A DNA stretch of 64,000 nucleotides, taken from Malacoraja senta (lineage: Eukaryota). Both the position numbers and the translations under genes were made by a program. The notes beneath the pieces are model-generated. The model did no database searches. It saw only the letters and a program-made list of their open reading frames with translations, and was not told the DNA's origin. The stretch is from positions 274,908,001-274,972,000 of the forward strand of contig CM075977.1 in NCBI GenBank assembly GCA_038087875.1, in the 5' to 3' direction. Below are positions 1 to 12,800 of this stretch, in pieces; positions within the stretch are counted from its first letter, which is position 1, and every line of letters starts with the position of its first letter.

Positions 1-251
1 AAAATTGTGGTTAGCGATTTGGCCTCTGCAAACTATTCCCTCTGTGTGCAGTGCCTATTAGGTTTTTTAAGTGTCATTTACCACAAAATTATGCAATTAA
101 TGCTTTCTTATATAGTCATGATGAAATTTGTGGTTAGTGTAATTATTAAATATGACATAGAAAATTCACATGATGGATGATTTTGCTGTATCATACTTTA
201 AGCAGTTGGCAACATTTGCAGGGAATGCAATTTGGCATATTGCAAAATCAA

Positions 252-568
252 GGGCGGCATGGTGGCGCAGCGGTAGAGTTGCTGCCTTACAACGCTTGCA
301 GTGACGGAGACCCGGGTTTGATCCCGACTACGGGTGCTGTCTGTACGGAGTTAGTACGTTCCCCCCGTGACCGCGTGGGTTCTCTCCAAGATCTTCGTTT
401 CCCTTCCACATTCCAAACACGTACAGGTTTGTAGGTTAATTGGCTTGGTATAAGTGTAAATTGTCCCTAGTGTGTGTTGGCTTGTGTTAATGTGTAGGGA
501 TCGCTGGTTGGTGCGGACACAGTGGGCCAAAGGGCCTGTTTCTGTGCTGTATCACTAAACTAAACTAA
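252..568 (+). mobile_element. tRNA-derived V-SINE (HE1-like), full length
   Basis: A-box-like GGTGGCGCAGCGGTAG, B-box-like GGGTTTGATCCC, V-domain (GTTCCCCCCGTGACCGCGTGGGT), CR1-like tail ending in (TAAAC)n. Confidence 0.85.
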
Positions 569-964
569 AGAACGATCCCAATACCAAATCTAGCCTGATA
601 CAAGGTTTAAGAGGCTATTTTGACAATTTAGATGCTTCTCAGTAAGTCTAGCTTCTGTTGCTGGGTTCCATGCGATGAAGTAAACTGACTCTTCCAAATG
701 TATCACAAAGTCCACAATTCTCGTATTTGACATGCACAGGCTGAAGTCATTGATCAACTGCTGCTTAAATGCTTAGTTCTAATCATTGGTTCTATGTGTA
801 ATCAGTGGCACAAACCAGCAAGATTCTACCCAGTGACTTGTCAAGCTGTGAACATTTTACTTTTATTTGAACACTAGCGTTTTTCAAAATATTTTGCAGG
901 TATATCTGGTAAGTACCTCATGCCCTGCATGTACCTCATGTGCAATGAAAATGTTATCAGCAGT

Positions 965-2545
965 TCTGTTCGCCCCATAACAGTTCTGGTTGCCCCATTA
1001 CAGGAAGTATGTGGAGGCTTTGGAGAGGGTGCAGTAAAGGTTTACTAGCAATGTTACAAAATTTTAAGATTTAAAAAATCTAGTCTGCAATTTATCCCAT
1101 CATATAAAGCATAAAAATAAGTTTAATTTTGACACCTAATTCACTTTCATATCTTCAGTATTAAAAAAGTTATGGCCATTTTCATACTCGGAAATTAGCA
1201 TCTAGTTCCCTATTGCTTTTCCATTGACTTAACACAAATGCTGTGATCAAGGACAGTCAAAAGCCCATAACTTTCTTAAAAATTAAGAGAACTGAATGAA
1301 ATTTTCAGTTATTATAGATTGAAGCATTCTGAAACAAATATGAAACAATGTTACTTGGATCACCTGAAATTAAAGCATATAATTAGTTACTTACCCAATT
1401 GTAGCTAATTACAAAATTCAATTACTAGATCTAAACATCTATCAATTTCTTAAGAAAAGGTTAAAAAAAAATTAAAAAGCCTAAGTGTCCAAATAACATT
1501 CACACAAGCATTCACAATATAACATGATTTTAAAATCTCATTGTCATGAATTTATAGGCCAAATGGAAGGAATTTAGTGTTTAATTCCTGTAAATTAATG
1601 GCCATTTAAATCACCTTGCGAGTGGGATTTTGTGGAACGCGCTGGTTTGGAACGTTGCATTTGCACTGAGTTAAACCCCAATATCGGCAGGAAAAATACT
1701 GCCGGTTGGTATATTTACATAATGACATTTTCGCAAAGTGAAATTTTGATTAAAGGCATCCTAAGAAGCTAGTTTATATGAAAAAATAAACTGTGTTTTT
1801 TTACTTGTCCCTTGCGTGAAATCCGTCCCCGTTGTCGGCGTTGACGGCTTTAGAAGATGCTTTTTAATTTACTCCTGTTATGAAATTATCCAGTTTAAAA
1901 TAAATTTAATAAAACCGATGTCGAAGCGATTTTTCTTCAACTTCTAAACAGCCTTTTCAAAATCGATTTGAATAGTCTGGAGAAATACCGCATTTTAAAC
2001 CCGCCCCCCTCTCAAAGGCGCCAAAGTCGCGCACACGGGCAGTGACAGAACTGTAGCGCCGCTGAAGGTAAGTTTTGTAACATACCTAGGTTTACCAAAG
2101 GTTTGCCTGGAATGGAGAGTAATAGCTATAAGGAAAGGTTAGACAAACATAGATTGCTTACTCTGCAGCATCAGAGGATGAAAGGAGACTAGATAGCAGT
2201 ATATAAAACTATGAGAGGTATAGATAGGGTAGATAGTCAAAACCTTTTTCCCAGGGTGGAGATGTCAAATATTAAAGGACATAGCTCAAGGGTGAGAGAG
2301 ACAAAGTTTAAAGGAGATGTGTTGGGCAAGTTTCTTACACAGAGAATGGTAGGTGCCTGAAACGTACTGCTGGGGTGGTGGTGGAGGCTAATATGATAGT
2401 GGCGCTTAAGAGACATATGGATAGGCACATGGATATGCAGGAAATTGAGGTATTTGTGCAGGCAGAAGAGATTAGTTTAACTTGACATCATGTTTGGTGT
2501 GGACATGATGTGGAAGGGTCTGTTTCAATCGTGTACTGTCATATG
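965..2545 (+). mobile_element. CR1 LINE 3' fragment split by the 1046-2088 transposon
   Basis: CAGTTCTGGTTGCCCCATTACAGGAAG...TTGGAGAGGGTGCAG continues after the insert and runs into a typical CR1 3' UTR. Confidence 0.75.
1046..2088. mobile_element. Non-autonomous hAT-like DNA transposon with 16-bp TIRs and 7-bp TSD, inserted in a CR1 fragment
   Basis: Starts TAGCAATGTTACAAAA and ends TTTTGTAACATACCTA (14/16 inverted match). GGTTTAC is duplicated at 1039-1045 and 2089-2095. The flanks rejoin as CR1 ORF2 sequence. Confidence 0.8.
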
Positions 2546-2639
2546 TTATCTCTGTTAAGGCACTATCATGGTGTAGCCCGAGGTGCTGCGGTATATGAGG
2601 GATCAGCTTCTGAATTCTATATTTAGCTTGGCCTTTAAA

Positions 2640-2835
2640 TGCGCCCGTTAGGATATGTCATCTGTGTACCTCAGCTCCATGGCTGAAGTTGGAGTGCCCT
2701 CGGTTTTGGAGTGAAAGTATCGCAGCTTTTACTGTTGCCTATCTGGCATGTAGATAGGCTCCACTCCATTGGGAAGCTTGTGGGAGGTGAGGGTTGTGAG
2801 GTGAAAGATTGGGAAAGAGTTCCTCAGCAGTCCTC
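2640..2835 (-). mobile_element. Degenerate RTE-clade LINE RT fragment
   Basis: Minus translation KLPNGVEPIY...PTSAMELRYTDD resembles RTE/BovB-type GVEL.YR...ELQYADD. Confidence 0.55.
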
Positions 2836-3518
2836 TCAGCCACCGGTGACTTGCTTCTGCTGCAATTCTGTAGAGAGGCTGATGGGGAGTGCGGATGAAT
2901 CGCAAACTCCTCCACAGGTGGAGTTGTAGGAACAGGCGAGGATAGGTGTAGGCGGGGAGTGGGTGGGGCAACAGTAGTTTGAGAGATAGTGTGCTCCTTC
3001 CACCATTGACAATGGGCTTCTGCATGTTCTCAATGAGGGGACTGCAGGTTCTGAATATTACAGGTTCAAGTTGTTCAATTTTAGCACATCCTAGGCGCTG
3101 CTGTCAGATTAAATCTATAATGATAACTCAATGTTGTTCACAATTTCAGTCCATAGTTGATGTATACTCGCAATTTGTTCCTATAAATGTTTATTACAAC
3201 TCATTATCTCTACTTTCAATCATACTCACTAGTGTTATATTAATTAAATATAGAAGCACATTATCCATCAAAATAACAATTTATCTTTATTTACTCTATT
3301 GAATCCTAGGGTGTTATTAAAGACCTCGATCAAATCTGCCCTTAGTGTTTCTGAGAAAAATAACTAATTTCTTCATTCAGCATATTACTATAATTTATCC
3401 TCCTTGGAGCCAACGTAATAAACCTCTTCTGTGTCCCTTCTTGAAGTGCATACGTGGAAATGAATACAATACATTAGCTGTAGGTAAATTAATGTCTTAG
3501 AAAGTCTAGTTTATTCTA

Positions 3519-3690
3519 GTTTAGTTTAGTTTAGTTTAGTTTAGAGATACAACGTGGAAACAGGCCCTTCGGCCCATCGGGTCCACGCCGACCAGCAATC
3601 CCCGCACATTAACACTATCCTACACCCACCAGGGACGATTTTTACATTTACCAAGCCAATTAACCTACAAACCTGTATGTCTTTGGAGTC
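3519..3690 (-). mobile_element. V-SINE 3' half
   Basis: (GTTTA)n tail followed by the reverse complement of the SINE 3' region. Confidence 0.8.
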
Positions 3691-4136
3691 TTCTGTTTTC
3701 TATGATACTATTAATAACATTCAAGCTTACAAGACTCGGAATATTACGTCCCACAAGTGCAAGCCAGCAAAAAATGGGGTTTAAATTCTCTCAATTACTG
3801 GCTTGTGGTGCATATTATTGTGGATCATACGTCCTCAAGTGTTCATCCAGGTACACTTTAAATGTAAATATGATTTCTGCCTCCACTTTGCAGTAAATTC
3901 AAGTGAATTATTTTTACATCATCTCCCTTCCTTTAGCATTATCAACAATTCACCAAGCTTTCCTGTCACTTCAAAAAGATCTGTGCACAAATATCTCCAG
4001 CTCGTTCAATTTTCCATATCAACATATCAACACATTCTTCCTGTCAAATATGTTCTTTCGCTCTTCTGCATTGAATTTCAGGTTCTGTATTTCTGATTAG
4101 AAAACAGTAGGGGGCCCCGGTGCTTGCAGGATATCA

Positions 4137-4830
4137 GCTTCCAGTTTCATAAAGAGGATTTGAGTTTAGGAGCAATGAGGTCCTACTGCAGTTGTACAGG
4201 TGCCCTGGTGAGACCGCACCTGGAGTATTGTGTGGAATTTTGGTTCCCTAATTTGAGGAAGGACATTATTGCTAGTGAGGGAGTACAGCATAGGTTCACC
4301 AGGTTAATTCCTGGGATGGCGGGACTGACATATGATGAAAGAATGGATCGACTGGGCTTATATTCACTGGAATTTGGAAGGATGAGAAGGGATTTTATAG
4401 AAACATATACAATTCTTAAAGGATTGGATAGGCTAGATGCAGGAAAAATGTTCCCGATGTTGGGGGAGTCCAGAACCAGGGGTCACAGTTTAAGAATAAG
4501 GGGCAGAGAATTCCACAGATTCACAACTCTCTGGGTGAAAATGTTTTTCTTCATCTCAGTCCATTTAGGACTGAGATGAAGAAAAACATTTTCACCCAGA
4601 GAGTTGTGAATCTGTGGAATTCTCTGCCACAGGATGCAGTGAAGGCCAATTCACTAGATGTTTTCAAGAGAGAGTTAGATTTCGCTCTTAGGGCTAAAGG
4701 AATCAAGGATTATGGGGAAAAAGCAGGAGCGGGGTACTGATTTTAGATGATCAGCCATGATCATATTGAATGGCGGTGCTGGCTCGAAGGGCTGAATGGC
4801 CTACTCCTGCACCTATTTTTATATGTTTCT
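4137..4830 (+). mobile_element. CR1 LINE 3' end containing a local inverted duplication
   Basis: ALVRPHLEYCVEFW...RFTRLIPGM...ESRTRGHSLRI is the CR1 ORF2 C-terminus; 3' UTR follows. Confidence 0.9.
4502..4628. repeat. Perfect 61-bp inverted repeat with 5-nt loop
   Basis: 4502-4562 is the exact reverse complement of 4568-4628. Confidence 0.95.
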
Positions 4831-4944
4831 GAAAGCTCCTTTTCTAAAATCATAGTCAGTCAGCATTTAAGCCTTTACATCATATAGAACAAGAAACTAG
4901 CAAACAAAATAATAGATGTTAGCTGAATATATATATGAATATAC

Positions 4945-5410
4945 ATAGAACATAGAACTGTACAACACAAGAATAGGCCCTTCGTCCCACAATGTCTGTG
5001 CCGAATATGATGCCATGATAATCTCTTATCTACAGTGGCTTGCACTGTACCTGCTTAAAATCTATATCCCTCCATTCCTTGCATATCCACATCAGGGATC
5101 CAAAAGCCACTTAAATGCAACTATCGTTATGATCTCAACCACCAACCCAGGCAGTGTGTTCCAGGCACTCATAACCCTATGTGTAAAAAACGTTGTCCCT
5201 TACATCTCCTTTAAACTCTGCCCCCCTCACTTTAAAGCGATGTCCTCTAGTATTTGATTTTTTTTTCCATTCTGGGGAAAATGTTCTGACAGTCTGTCCT
5301 AGCTTTGCCTCGCATGATTTTATATAGTTCCATCAGGTCTCTCCGTAATCTCTAACATTCCAGAGAAAAAAATCCAGGTCTGTCCAGCCTCTCCCTGTAG
5401 CTAATCCAGG
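4945..5410 (-). mobile_element. CR1 LINE 3' end
   Basis: (CATAGAA)n tail and reverse-complement CR1 3' UTR/ORF2 end. Confidence 0.75.
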
Positions 5411-5519
5411 CATATGCTCCAAAAAATGTTTGTAAGATTTTGGCAAGGTGGCTGAGCGAAGATAGAAGGCAAAGTAAGGTGAGGTGTTTTTGCTTTCACA
5501 AGTTCCTCTATAGTTAGTG

Positions 5520-5760
5520 CAGGGAGACTAGCAGCTAGGGCAGTTGTATGCTTCTTCAGCCGAATGTGGGAAGTCAGAGAGACTTCCAGTCTTCCTGTGG
5601 ACTACACCTATGGGAGCTGCATGCAGCTGCAGCACCTTACAGACAGTGTAAAGAAACTTGAGCTATGGCTGAATGACCACATCCTTGTCTGGGGCTGTGA
5701 GAGTCTCAGAGATAAGAGTCATTGTGAGGTGGTCACGCCTAAGGAACAGGCAGAAAGTAT
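5520..5760 (+). mobile_element. CR1 ORF1 fragment (Cys-rich / leucine-zipper region)
   Basis: MWEVRETSSLPVDYTYGSCMQLQHLTDSVKKLELWL matches the recalled CR1 ORF1 pattern. Confidence 0.65.
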
Positions 5761-5794
5761 AGTGTTGGAAGAAATTGCAGATGCCGGTTTACCT

Positions 5795-6180
5795 CCCAGC
5801 AGAGCAAGATGTCCGTCGGGGAATGTTGCCCACTGGCCCGCTCCAGACTGCAGGAGTACGTGCTGAGAGACGCACTGAAGCTCGGTGCAGCCAACGCCAA
5901 GGCACTTTGGGGGAAGACCACAGACTAGTATCCTTCCGCTGCTGGACATTGAGGAAATGCCCCTCAAAATAAGGGAAGGGTTTTCACCCCAGGGGGGCTA
6001 CATGAGTGGCAAGGGTGGGTGGTAAAATAGTGTGTAAACAGTATTGAATGTATGTATAGCCTCAGAGAATGTCGAAAGACTTTTTTTGCAACAGTTGTTG
6101 TACTGTCCATATTTGTCCAAATATGGACAGTCCTGCACTGTCCATATTTTTTTACTTGAATAAAGTTTATTTTGATTAAA
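5795..6180 (+). mobile_element. Tx1-clade LINE 3' end
   Basis: QQSKMSVGECCPLARSRLQEYVLRDALKLGAANAKALWGKTTD* then a UTR with AATAAA and an A-rich end. Confidence 0.7.
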
Positions 6181-6229
6181 AGAAAGATGCTGGTTCAAAC
6201 CAAAGATAGACACAAAAAGCAAGAGTAAC

Positions 6230-6790
6230 ACGATGTTGGTGAGGCTACACGTGGAGTATTATGTTCAGCTTTGGTCAGCCTGCTATGGAAAAGATTTCAT
6301 TGAGCTGGAAAGAGTGCAGAGAAGATTTACAAGGATGTTGCTGGGACTCCAAGCCCTGAGCTACAATGTTGGGCAGGCAGGCTAGGTCTTTATTCCTCGG
6401 GGACTGGAAGATGCTGGGCGATCTTATAGAGATGTGTACAAACATCAGGGAAATAAGCAAGATTAGTGCACAGAGTCATTTCCCCAGGTTATGAATATCA
6501 CAAACTCGAGGGCATGTGTTCTTGGTGAGAGTAGAAAGGTTAAATAGGAACTCGAGAGGCACACAAAGGGAGCTGGGGACATGAAATGAGCTGCCATAGG
6601 AAGTAGTTGAGCCAGGTATAATAACAATATTTAAAAGACATTTGGACAGGTATGTGGATAGGAAGGATTTAGAGGGATGTGGATCAGATCGGGTAAGTAG
6701 GATTAGCTTAGATGGGGTATCTTGATCAACATGGACAAGTTGAGCCAAAGTGTCTGTTTCTGTGCTGTGTGACTATTTGACTCTGTGACT
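6230..6790 (+). mobile_element. CR1 LINE 3' fragment
   Basis: GTGAGGCTACACGTGGAGTATTATGTTCAG...AGAAGATTTACAAGGATG and a CR1 tail. Confidence 0.75.
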
Positions 6791-6884
6791 CCGCTTATGT
6801 CCGACATTTCATTTGGATTGTACTGATGAATTTTAATTTGATTTAAGAAAATGATCTGCAGTGGCTTAGAACTACATTACTTAC

Positions 6885-6943
6885 ATATATGGCAGTGTAG
6901 AGCTTGCATGCAAAATAGGAAGCTTTGCCTCTAACACAAAGGA
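6885..6943 (-). CDS. ANXA10: Annexin A10 coding exon (exon 10 equivalent, 59 bp): (V)LCVRGKASYFACKLYTAIY
   Basis: Read by hand. TTTCTCCTAG acceptor, GTAAGT donor, phase 1/0. Human has VLCVRDKPAYFAYRLYSAIH. Confidence 0.95.
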
Positions 6944-7101
6944 CTAGGAGAAATGACATAAAAAGGTATAGATTAATCATGGTGACAACAGAGATAAACA
7001 CAAATATAAATCCAAAGTTGGAATGCAGTGCATTTTGTAACTAAACTGCAAACCAAACCTAATATTTAGCACACATTACTCAGTTAATATGTTTAACTTA
7101 C

Positions 7102-7197
7102 CAATTGCAACAAGTAATTGCTGAAAGTGTCCCTCATAGCAGTTGTTTATCGCTTCTTGAATATCTTGACCATACACTAGTTGGAACTCTTGAAAAA
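7102..7197 (-). CDS. ANXA10: Annexin A10 coding exon (exon 9 equivalent, 96 bp): (V)FQEFQLVYGQDIQEAINNCYEGHFQQLLVAI
   Basis: Read by hand. CAG acceptor, GTAAGT donor, phase 1/1. Human has VFQEFQNISGQDMVDAINECYDGYFQELLVAI. Confidence 0.95.
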
Positions 7198-9532
7198 CTG
7201 CAAATAAATGTGAGATTAAAGTAAGTTAAGAAGCTTTTCAGCAATGATTTAATCATCCACCTCCAGCAAATTAATAAGGACAGATTTCTGGCAGTTTTAA
7301 CATATAATACAGAGAAAATTAATTGAGTGGAATACCAGGTCGTAAAGAAAATAATATCATCAAGATTGCGGTCATAGCTGCCATGACTTAAAGTCATAGA
7401 AAGGGAAATATGCTTCCATGATAACTATTTTAGGAAATGTATCTTGATATCAGATTCATAACTTGTGGTTTCCATAGGAAATATTTGCATATGCTTGAAG
7501 AGGACAAACAGCCTATTGCTCAAATCACACCATACAAAGTACAGAAATAAAACATAGAAAATAAGTTTCATTTATTGCAGCTTCGTAACTCAAGGTCATC
7601 CTTCATGATGGGGCATGTTAATAAGGAAAACATTTAGTGTTGCCAGGTTTTTATTTACTATCATATCCATTAAAGGAATATTAACATGTCCAAGCATTTT
7701 AATTACTTCATTACCAAATGTTATTACATGTTTATAACATTAATTACAAAATCTATTGTATTGACCCAAGATCACAAATTATGGTCCAACGGTTTGATGC
7801 TGGAAGAGTGCAGTGACCACTGTTCACCTATTTGGCTGCTCCTTGATCCCGTCTCAAATGACAATGAAGAACTCTTTTAGATCTTTAACATGGATGTACT
7901 TGCCACCTAACTATGTACATAACAATGTTTTATTAGGTGGGAAATAGAGTTGGAACCTCTAACTGAGGCTCAGCATCTGTAAAATCCAAATCATGCACTG
8001 CCAAAGTCTGGATGATCCAGTTCGCCCAATTCCTGACCCTAGTTAAAATCAGGCCCTTTAATAAATCTGCTAACAATACACTAAGGGGCATAAATAAAAA
8101 TTGATTTCGACAAGGAAAGCCATTAATCAGATAATTCAAATGCAGACACAGATATGTCAGACTCTTGTAAATGCAAAGCTTCTACAGGATAAAATGTGTT
8201 GTGATGTAATTAGGCTCTTGACCTCGAACTTTAGCTTTGTCTTTGAATTGTTTTCAAGGAATTAAACAAATTCTCACCGTGCAAGAGAATTGTTTAGCAG
8301 AAAGTAAACAAGAAACAGTTAAATGTATCTGCAAAACATGGTCATCTAAGGCAAAGGACATTGTGCATTCTCTTCTAAGTATCAAAATGATCATCCCAAT
8401 TGGTAAAACTCACCTAATTTAAAGACATGTATTACTATATTTCCAGCAAGTTGTCGAATGAGTAAAGCTTTCATAGTCTGCTACATTGCATTGATTGCAA
8501 CAATGACTGCTGGCCCTAATCTGACGCAAGTCCCTGAGATGCCATTGTATTGGGGCATTGTATTTTCTGCGTGGTATCTATATGGATCAGACCCTATCAA
8601 TGCACATGCTGCCCTTACTTTTTGCAGTGCTGGATATTGATTATGCAGGAGTTCTCTCCGCCACCATCAGCAAGCAGGTGGCAGACCCTGAGGTGTTACC
8701 CCTTGACCACCCTTCTGTCAGGCAAACTCTGAGTGCTGTGTTGCAGAGTTCAATGGTTGCAGCTACCTGACAATCCGTCTTCCAATAGATTGCCAAAATT
8801 GCTCAGGCAATGGCCTGGGAACACAAACTTGTTGTTTTCTCTCAATATAATATGCCTTCTTTCACTCTGCTGCGTTGATAATGCCTTTCCTATATCCTGT
8901 CAGCCAGATGTAGCTAATGTTAGCAGCATGCTCAGTCCACACTGACATTAAGACCCAGTGCCTCATTTTGTGGGTCAGGTAGCATCTCTGGAGAGCATGG
9001 ATAGGTGATGTTTTGGGTTGGGACCTTTCTTTAGCCCTACATCTTAAAATAGATGTTCATCCATTCTTTCTGTACACTGCTGTGGATACTGCTGCTCCAT
9101 TTTGCCACGTGTGAATTCTTGTTGGAACATAGCCATAGTCCTAGAGTCATAGAATGATACAATGTATAACAGGTCCTTCGGCCCAACTTGCCCACAACGC
9201 CCAACATGTCCCTGATACACTAGTCCAACCTGCCTGCGTTTGGTCCACATCCATCCAAACCTGTCCTATCCATGTACCTGCCTAACATGTAATCTTTGAG
9301 CAGAGACAAAAATGCACAGGAGACAGACTGCATAAGGGAAAGGAGTTTCTATCCATTTGCAGAGTGGCAGAAGAAAGTGATGAGTAGTTTCTTTGATTGA
9401 GATATATAATAAAAAAATCCCCATGAAAGTTTAAATATAGTTCTTGCGATACACATTGAATGAAAGCCTTTATTTCTTCATGATTTCCTTATGCTAATAC
9501 TCATATGTCAAACATTCGTAATCTGCAATTAC

Positions 9533-9626
9533 CCAGCCACAACTGTTGAAAACCCTTTTTACATAAAATATCTTGCAACATGCTTTTATGTTCCCCCGTT
9601 TCATCTTGGCAAGCTTCCCAAAGTGC
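9533..9626 (-). CDS. ANXA10: Annexin A10 coding exon (exon 8 equivalent, 94 bp): ALWEACQDETGEHKSMLQDILCKKGFQQLWL
   Basis: Not in the ORF track; read by hand. TTTTTATCTTGCAG acceptor, GTAATT donor, phase 0/1. Human has VLWEACQQKTGEHKTMLQMILCNKSYQQLRL. Confidence 0.95.
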
Positions 9627-9765
9627 CTGCAAGATAAAAACGTTGAAAGAAATAATTAATGGCATTGTCTTTTACCTCTTCAGATGCATTTGTGCAATTT
9701 GTTTTTTAAAATAGAATTAACAATGTACATGTGAAAACCAGGAATGCAAAATAATTTCCTTTTAC

Positions 9766-9825
9766 CGTAGCATCTTGGGCAGCCATGCCTTGATCCTCAT
9801 ATCCACATCCTTCTTCCCTGGCTCC
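9766..9825 (-). CDS. ANXA10: Annexin A10 coding exon (exon 7 equivalent, 60 bp): GAREEGCGYEDQGMAAQDAT
   Basis: CAG acceptor, GTAAAA donor, phase 0/0. Human has GTREEGYTDPAMAAQDAM. Confidence 0.92.
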
Positions 9826-12800
9826 CTGTGAAATTTTCACAAGATTAATTGGTGTACAAAAGTAATAAGAACAAGGAAGAATTTTGTTGCCACGCACGTT
9901 TTTTTCTCAGTGATCTGATAGGATTAGTAATGATAATATTCTCTGTATGATTCTCTTATTGTGTTTTAAGATGAAATGCCAGAGCCTGTAGTTTCAAACA
10001 TAAACACAAGATGGAAATGTCGTAGCTCAAACTGTAGCACTCGGCTTGAGTTTCAAACTATAAACTACAGGGATTAGAGATACCTGGTAAATATAAAGAT
10101 CTTAGCAGTTAGAGTTAGAGAATTGTGATGAATTATAAGGAACAGTTTGTAAATCATCAGATATAACAATGAAGGGAAGCTCTTTTGAGCAGCAGTCATT
10201 GTTATAAAAAATTCTTCTTGTGATCTGAATTCTTAATTCGCATGTGACCAACTGATATCAATGTTTTCTAATTGTGCATCTTTCCACCAATGGAAATATT
10301 CTCTCTGTATCTTTTACAATGAAATGCTGATAATCTGCTAACTGACTGTTCAGAAATCCTAATGGATATTATCTGGCTCTACAGGTGTCCGATCCTACAC
10401 AGCCTTCATCATACCGATGCCCAGGTTTCCACACTCCCTTTCACGCACTGTGACCCAAATGTTGCTCGTCCTGCTGAGTTACCCCAACATTTTGTGTATT
10501 TCTTCGGTTTAAACTAGCATATGCAGTTCCTTCCTACAGATTTTGATGTTGCCTGTCCTGCTGAGTTACAGTATTCCAGTATGTGTCTATCTTCGGTTTA
10601 AACCAGCATCTGGAGTTCCTTCCCTCACATTTCATCTGCTCCACTGTGAAAACTCCTCAAGGTAGGCCTACTTTGACAAAGTTCTCCTCCTCTTTCTGAC
10701 GAGAGTTCTGCAACACCCTCTCTCGCTGCTCCCCTTCTGTGATTCCTCCTGCTCTCTCACTCTACTTTTTTGCATATCTTTCATTCATTTGTTCTATATC
10801 TCTCTCTACATCACTGTCTATATCTCTCATTTCCCTTTCTGCTAACTCCAGCCTGAAGAAGTTTCTTGACCCGAAACGTCACCCATTCCTTCTTTTCAGA
10901 GAAGCTGCCTGTCCCGCTGCGTTACTCCAGCATTTTGTGTCTATCCTGCATCCCCTGTTCTGTTTCAAACTCTCCCTTGAAATTCACCAGGCCTTGTTTC
11001 CCATCTCCCCTTTGAACTTATCATCTTAAATGGAAAATTAGAACTAAAAGCGCGTAAGGGTACACATTACATCTAATAGTCCAGGAAATTTGCTAGTCCA
11101 GCACTTAAAGTTTGAAGAGAGCTGGAATCATTGAATTTTACTGCAATCTAACAAAACCCTTATGTCACCCCTTGGACTCCTATTTTTGAGGAAAAAGGAG
11201 ACACGACGTTCATCCTTTCTGCTTCTGATATTATTCTTAAACTTTTTACATTTTGCATCTGCTCTGACTTAGCACCTACCCCTTTGTGTTTGTTAGAATG
11301 CAACAATATTATAATTTTATAATTTTCTGCTTTCTTTTTAATTTTTAGTAATTTCAATAGCTTTTTTTTTACCTTTGCCCACTTTATTTCATAGTTCATA
11401 TGAAAAATGGAAATGCATAAGCAGATGTGAAAATATTTTTCATTCGGTGTGCACATCATAAAGACTTTAGATAAAGTATTGGTGCAGGACTCCATCTTTC
11501 TCATGCTATCGCTCTATGTTGCAGAACATTCTTCCTATCAATAGGTGGCAGCAGAGCACGATATTGGTCTTGATGATTTCAATTTCTAAAGTTAATTGCC
11601 AATAAATAAATAATTGTATGGCAATGAAAAATTATGTCAATGTGTTTAAATGTGAGTTCATACAATAAAATAAAATATGGTTTGCAAGTAAATGCAAGTG
11701 AATGAAAGAGGTGAACAAGATTTTGTTGTCATATTTGGAAGACATTTTTCTGATTTGTTCAACATTACTTCAGTAGAAGTACTGCAAAATAGCTCACAAA
11801 ACTGTATGAAAACACAATATATTTTAATGGGGTTCGGGGCTTTTCAAGAATCGTGTTGACCAGGTGGAGAACTTGAATAGTAATTCACTCGAAGGTAGAC
11901 ACAAATTGCTGGAGTAATTCAGCGGGACAGGCAGCATCTCTGGAGAGAAGGAATGGGTTTGGGTCGAGTTCGGGTCGAGACCCTTGTTTGAAAACTCTTA
12001 TTTAGCATTAGATTTTACTGTAATCACGCTTATTTCACAAGACAGGGCATATATCAGCATCAGAGATTTTTTTTAAATTTGGTGTAGGAAGAAGTCAAGT
12101 AAGCACTAACTGAAGGGCACTGTTCCACTAATACCTAACTTAATTTTAAGAAGCTGCACCCTCAGTTTTTTTTGTCTCTGAGGCGTGTTAAACCTAGTAA
12201 ACATGTCTCAAGTTGGGACTGATCTATCCTCTTACAAATAAACCAATCTGATCTGATTTTGACCATTTTGGAGTTTGAAAATTGATCGAACATTGATCCA
12301 CACCAGGCCCAGACACATACATTAATGCTTTGAATCAGTGGTTTCTGATAATACAACATGTTATTTAGTCTGCCTGAAACAAACTTGAGTCACACTTAAA
12401 GAAATGACCCTGACCTATAGGTGAAAAGGTGTGGTGAATGTCATTACTGCTAGATTCCCAAAGGTTCTGTGTGTGCTAAACATTGGCTATTTGCTGAAGC
12501 TGCATTGCATTTGAAAGCAAAGTAGAAAAGAACAATTTCCCCTTCAGCAGCTGGAAACCAGTATTGATCCTGCTCTCTGACAGCTAGGGCCAGTGCTCGT
12601 ACATTATTGGCAGCATTATTTGTTCAGCCGCAACCTCAGAAAACATAAAATCATTCAGTAAATCAGTCTTTCACTTTTCAAATGGGGATATTTATTGGTG
12701 GAGTTTTATGGCTGTAATTATTACACAAAGCCACAAACTATTGAGCATCACTGACTAATAAAAATATTAGTCAGTACTATGAATACATCTTTTTTTTTTA

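Noticed and set aside
252-330. tRNA genes
   Set aside because: tRNA-like heads always continue into the V-domain and LINE tail, so they are SINEs.
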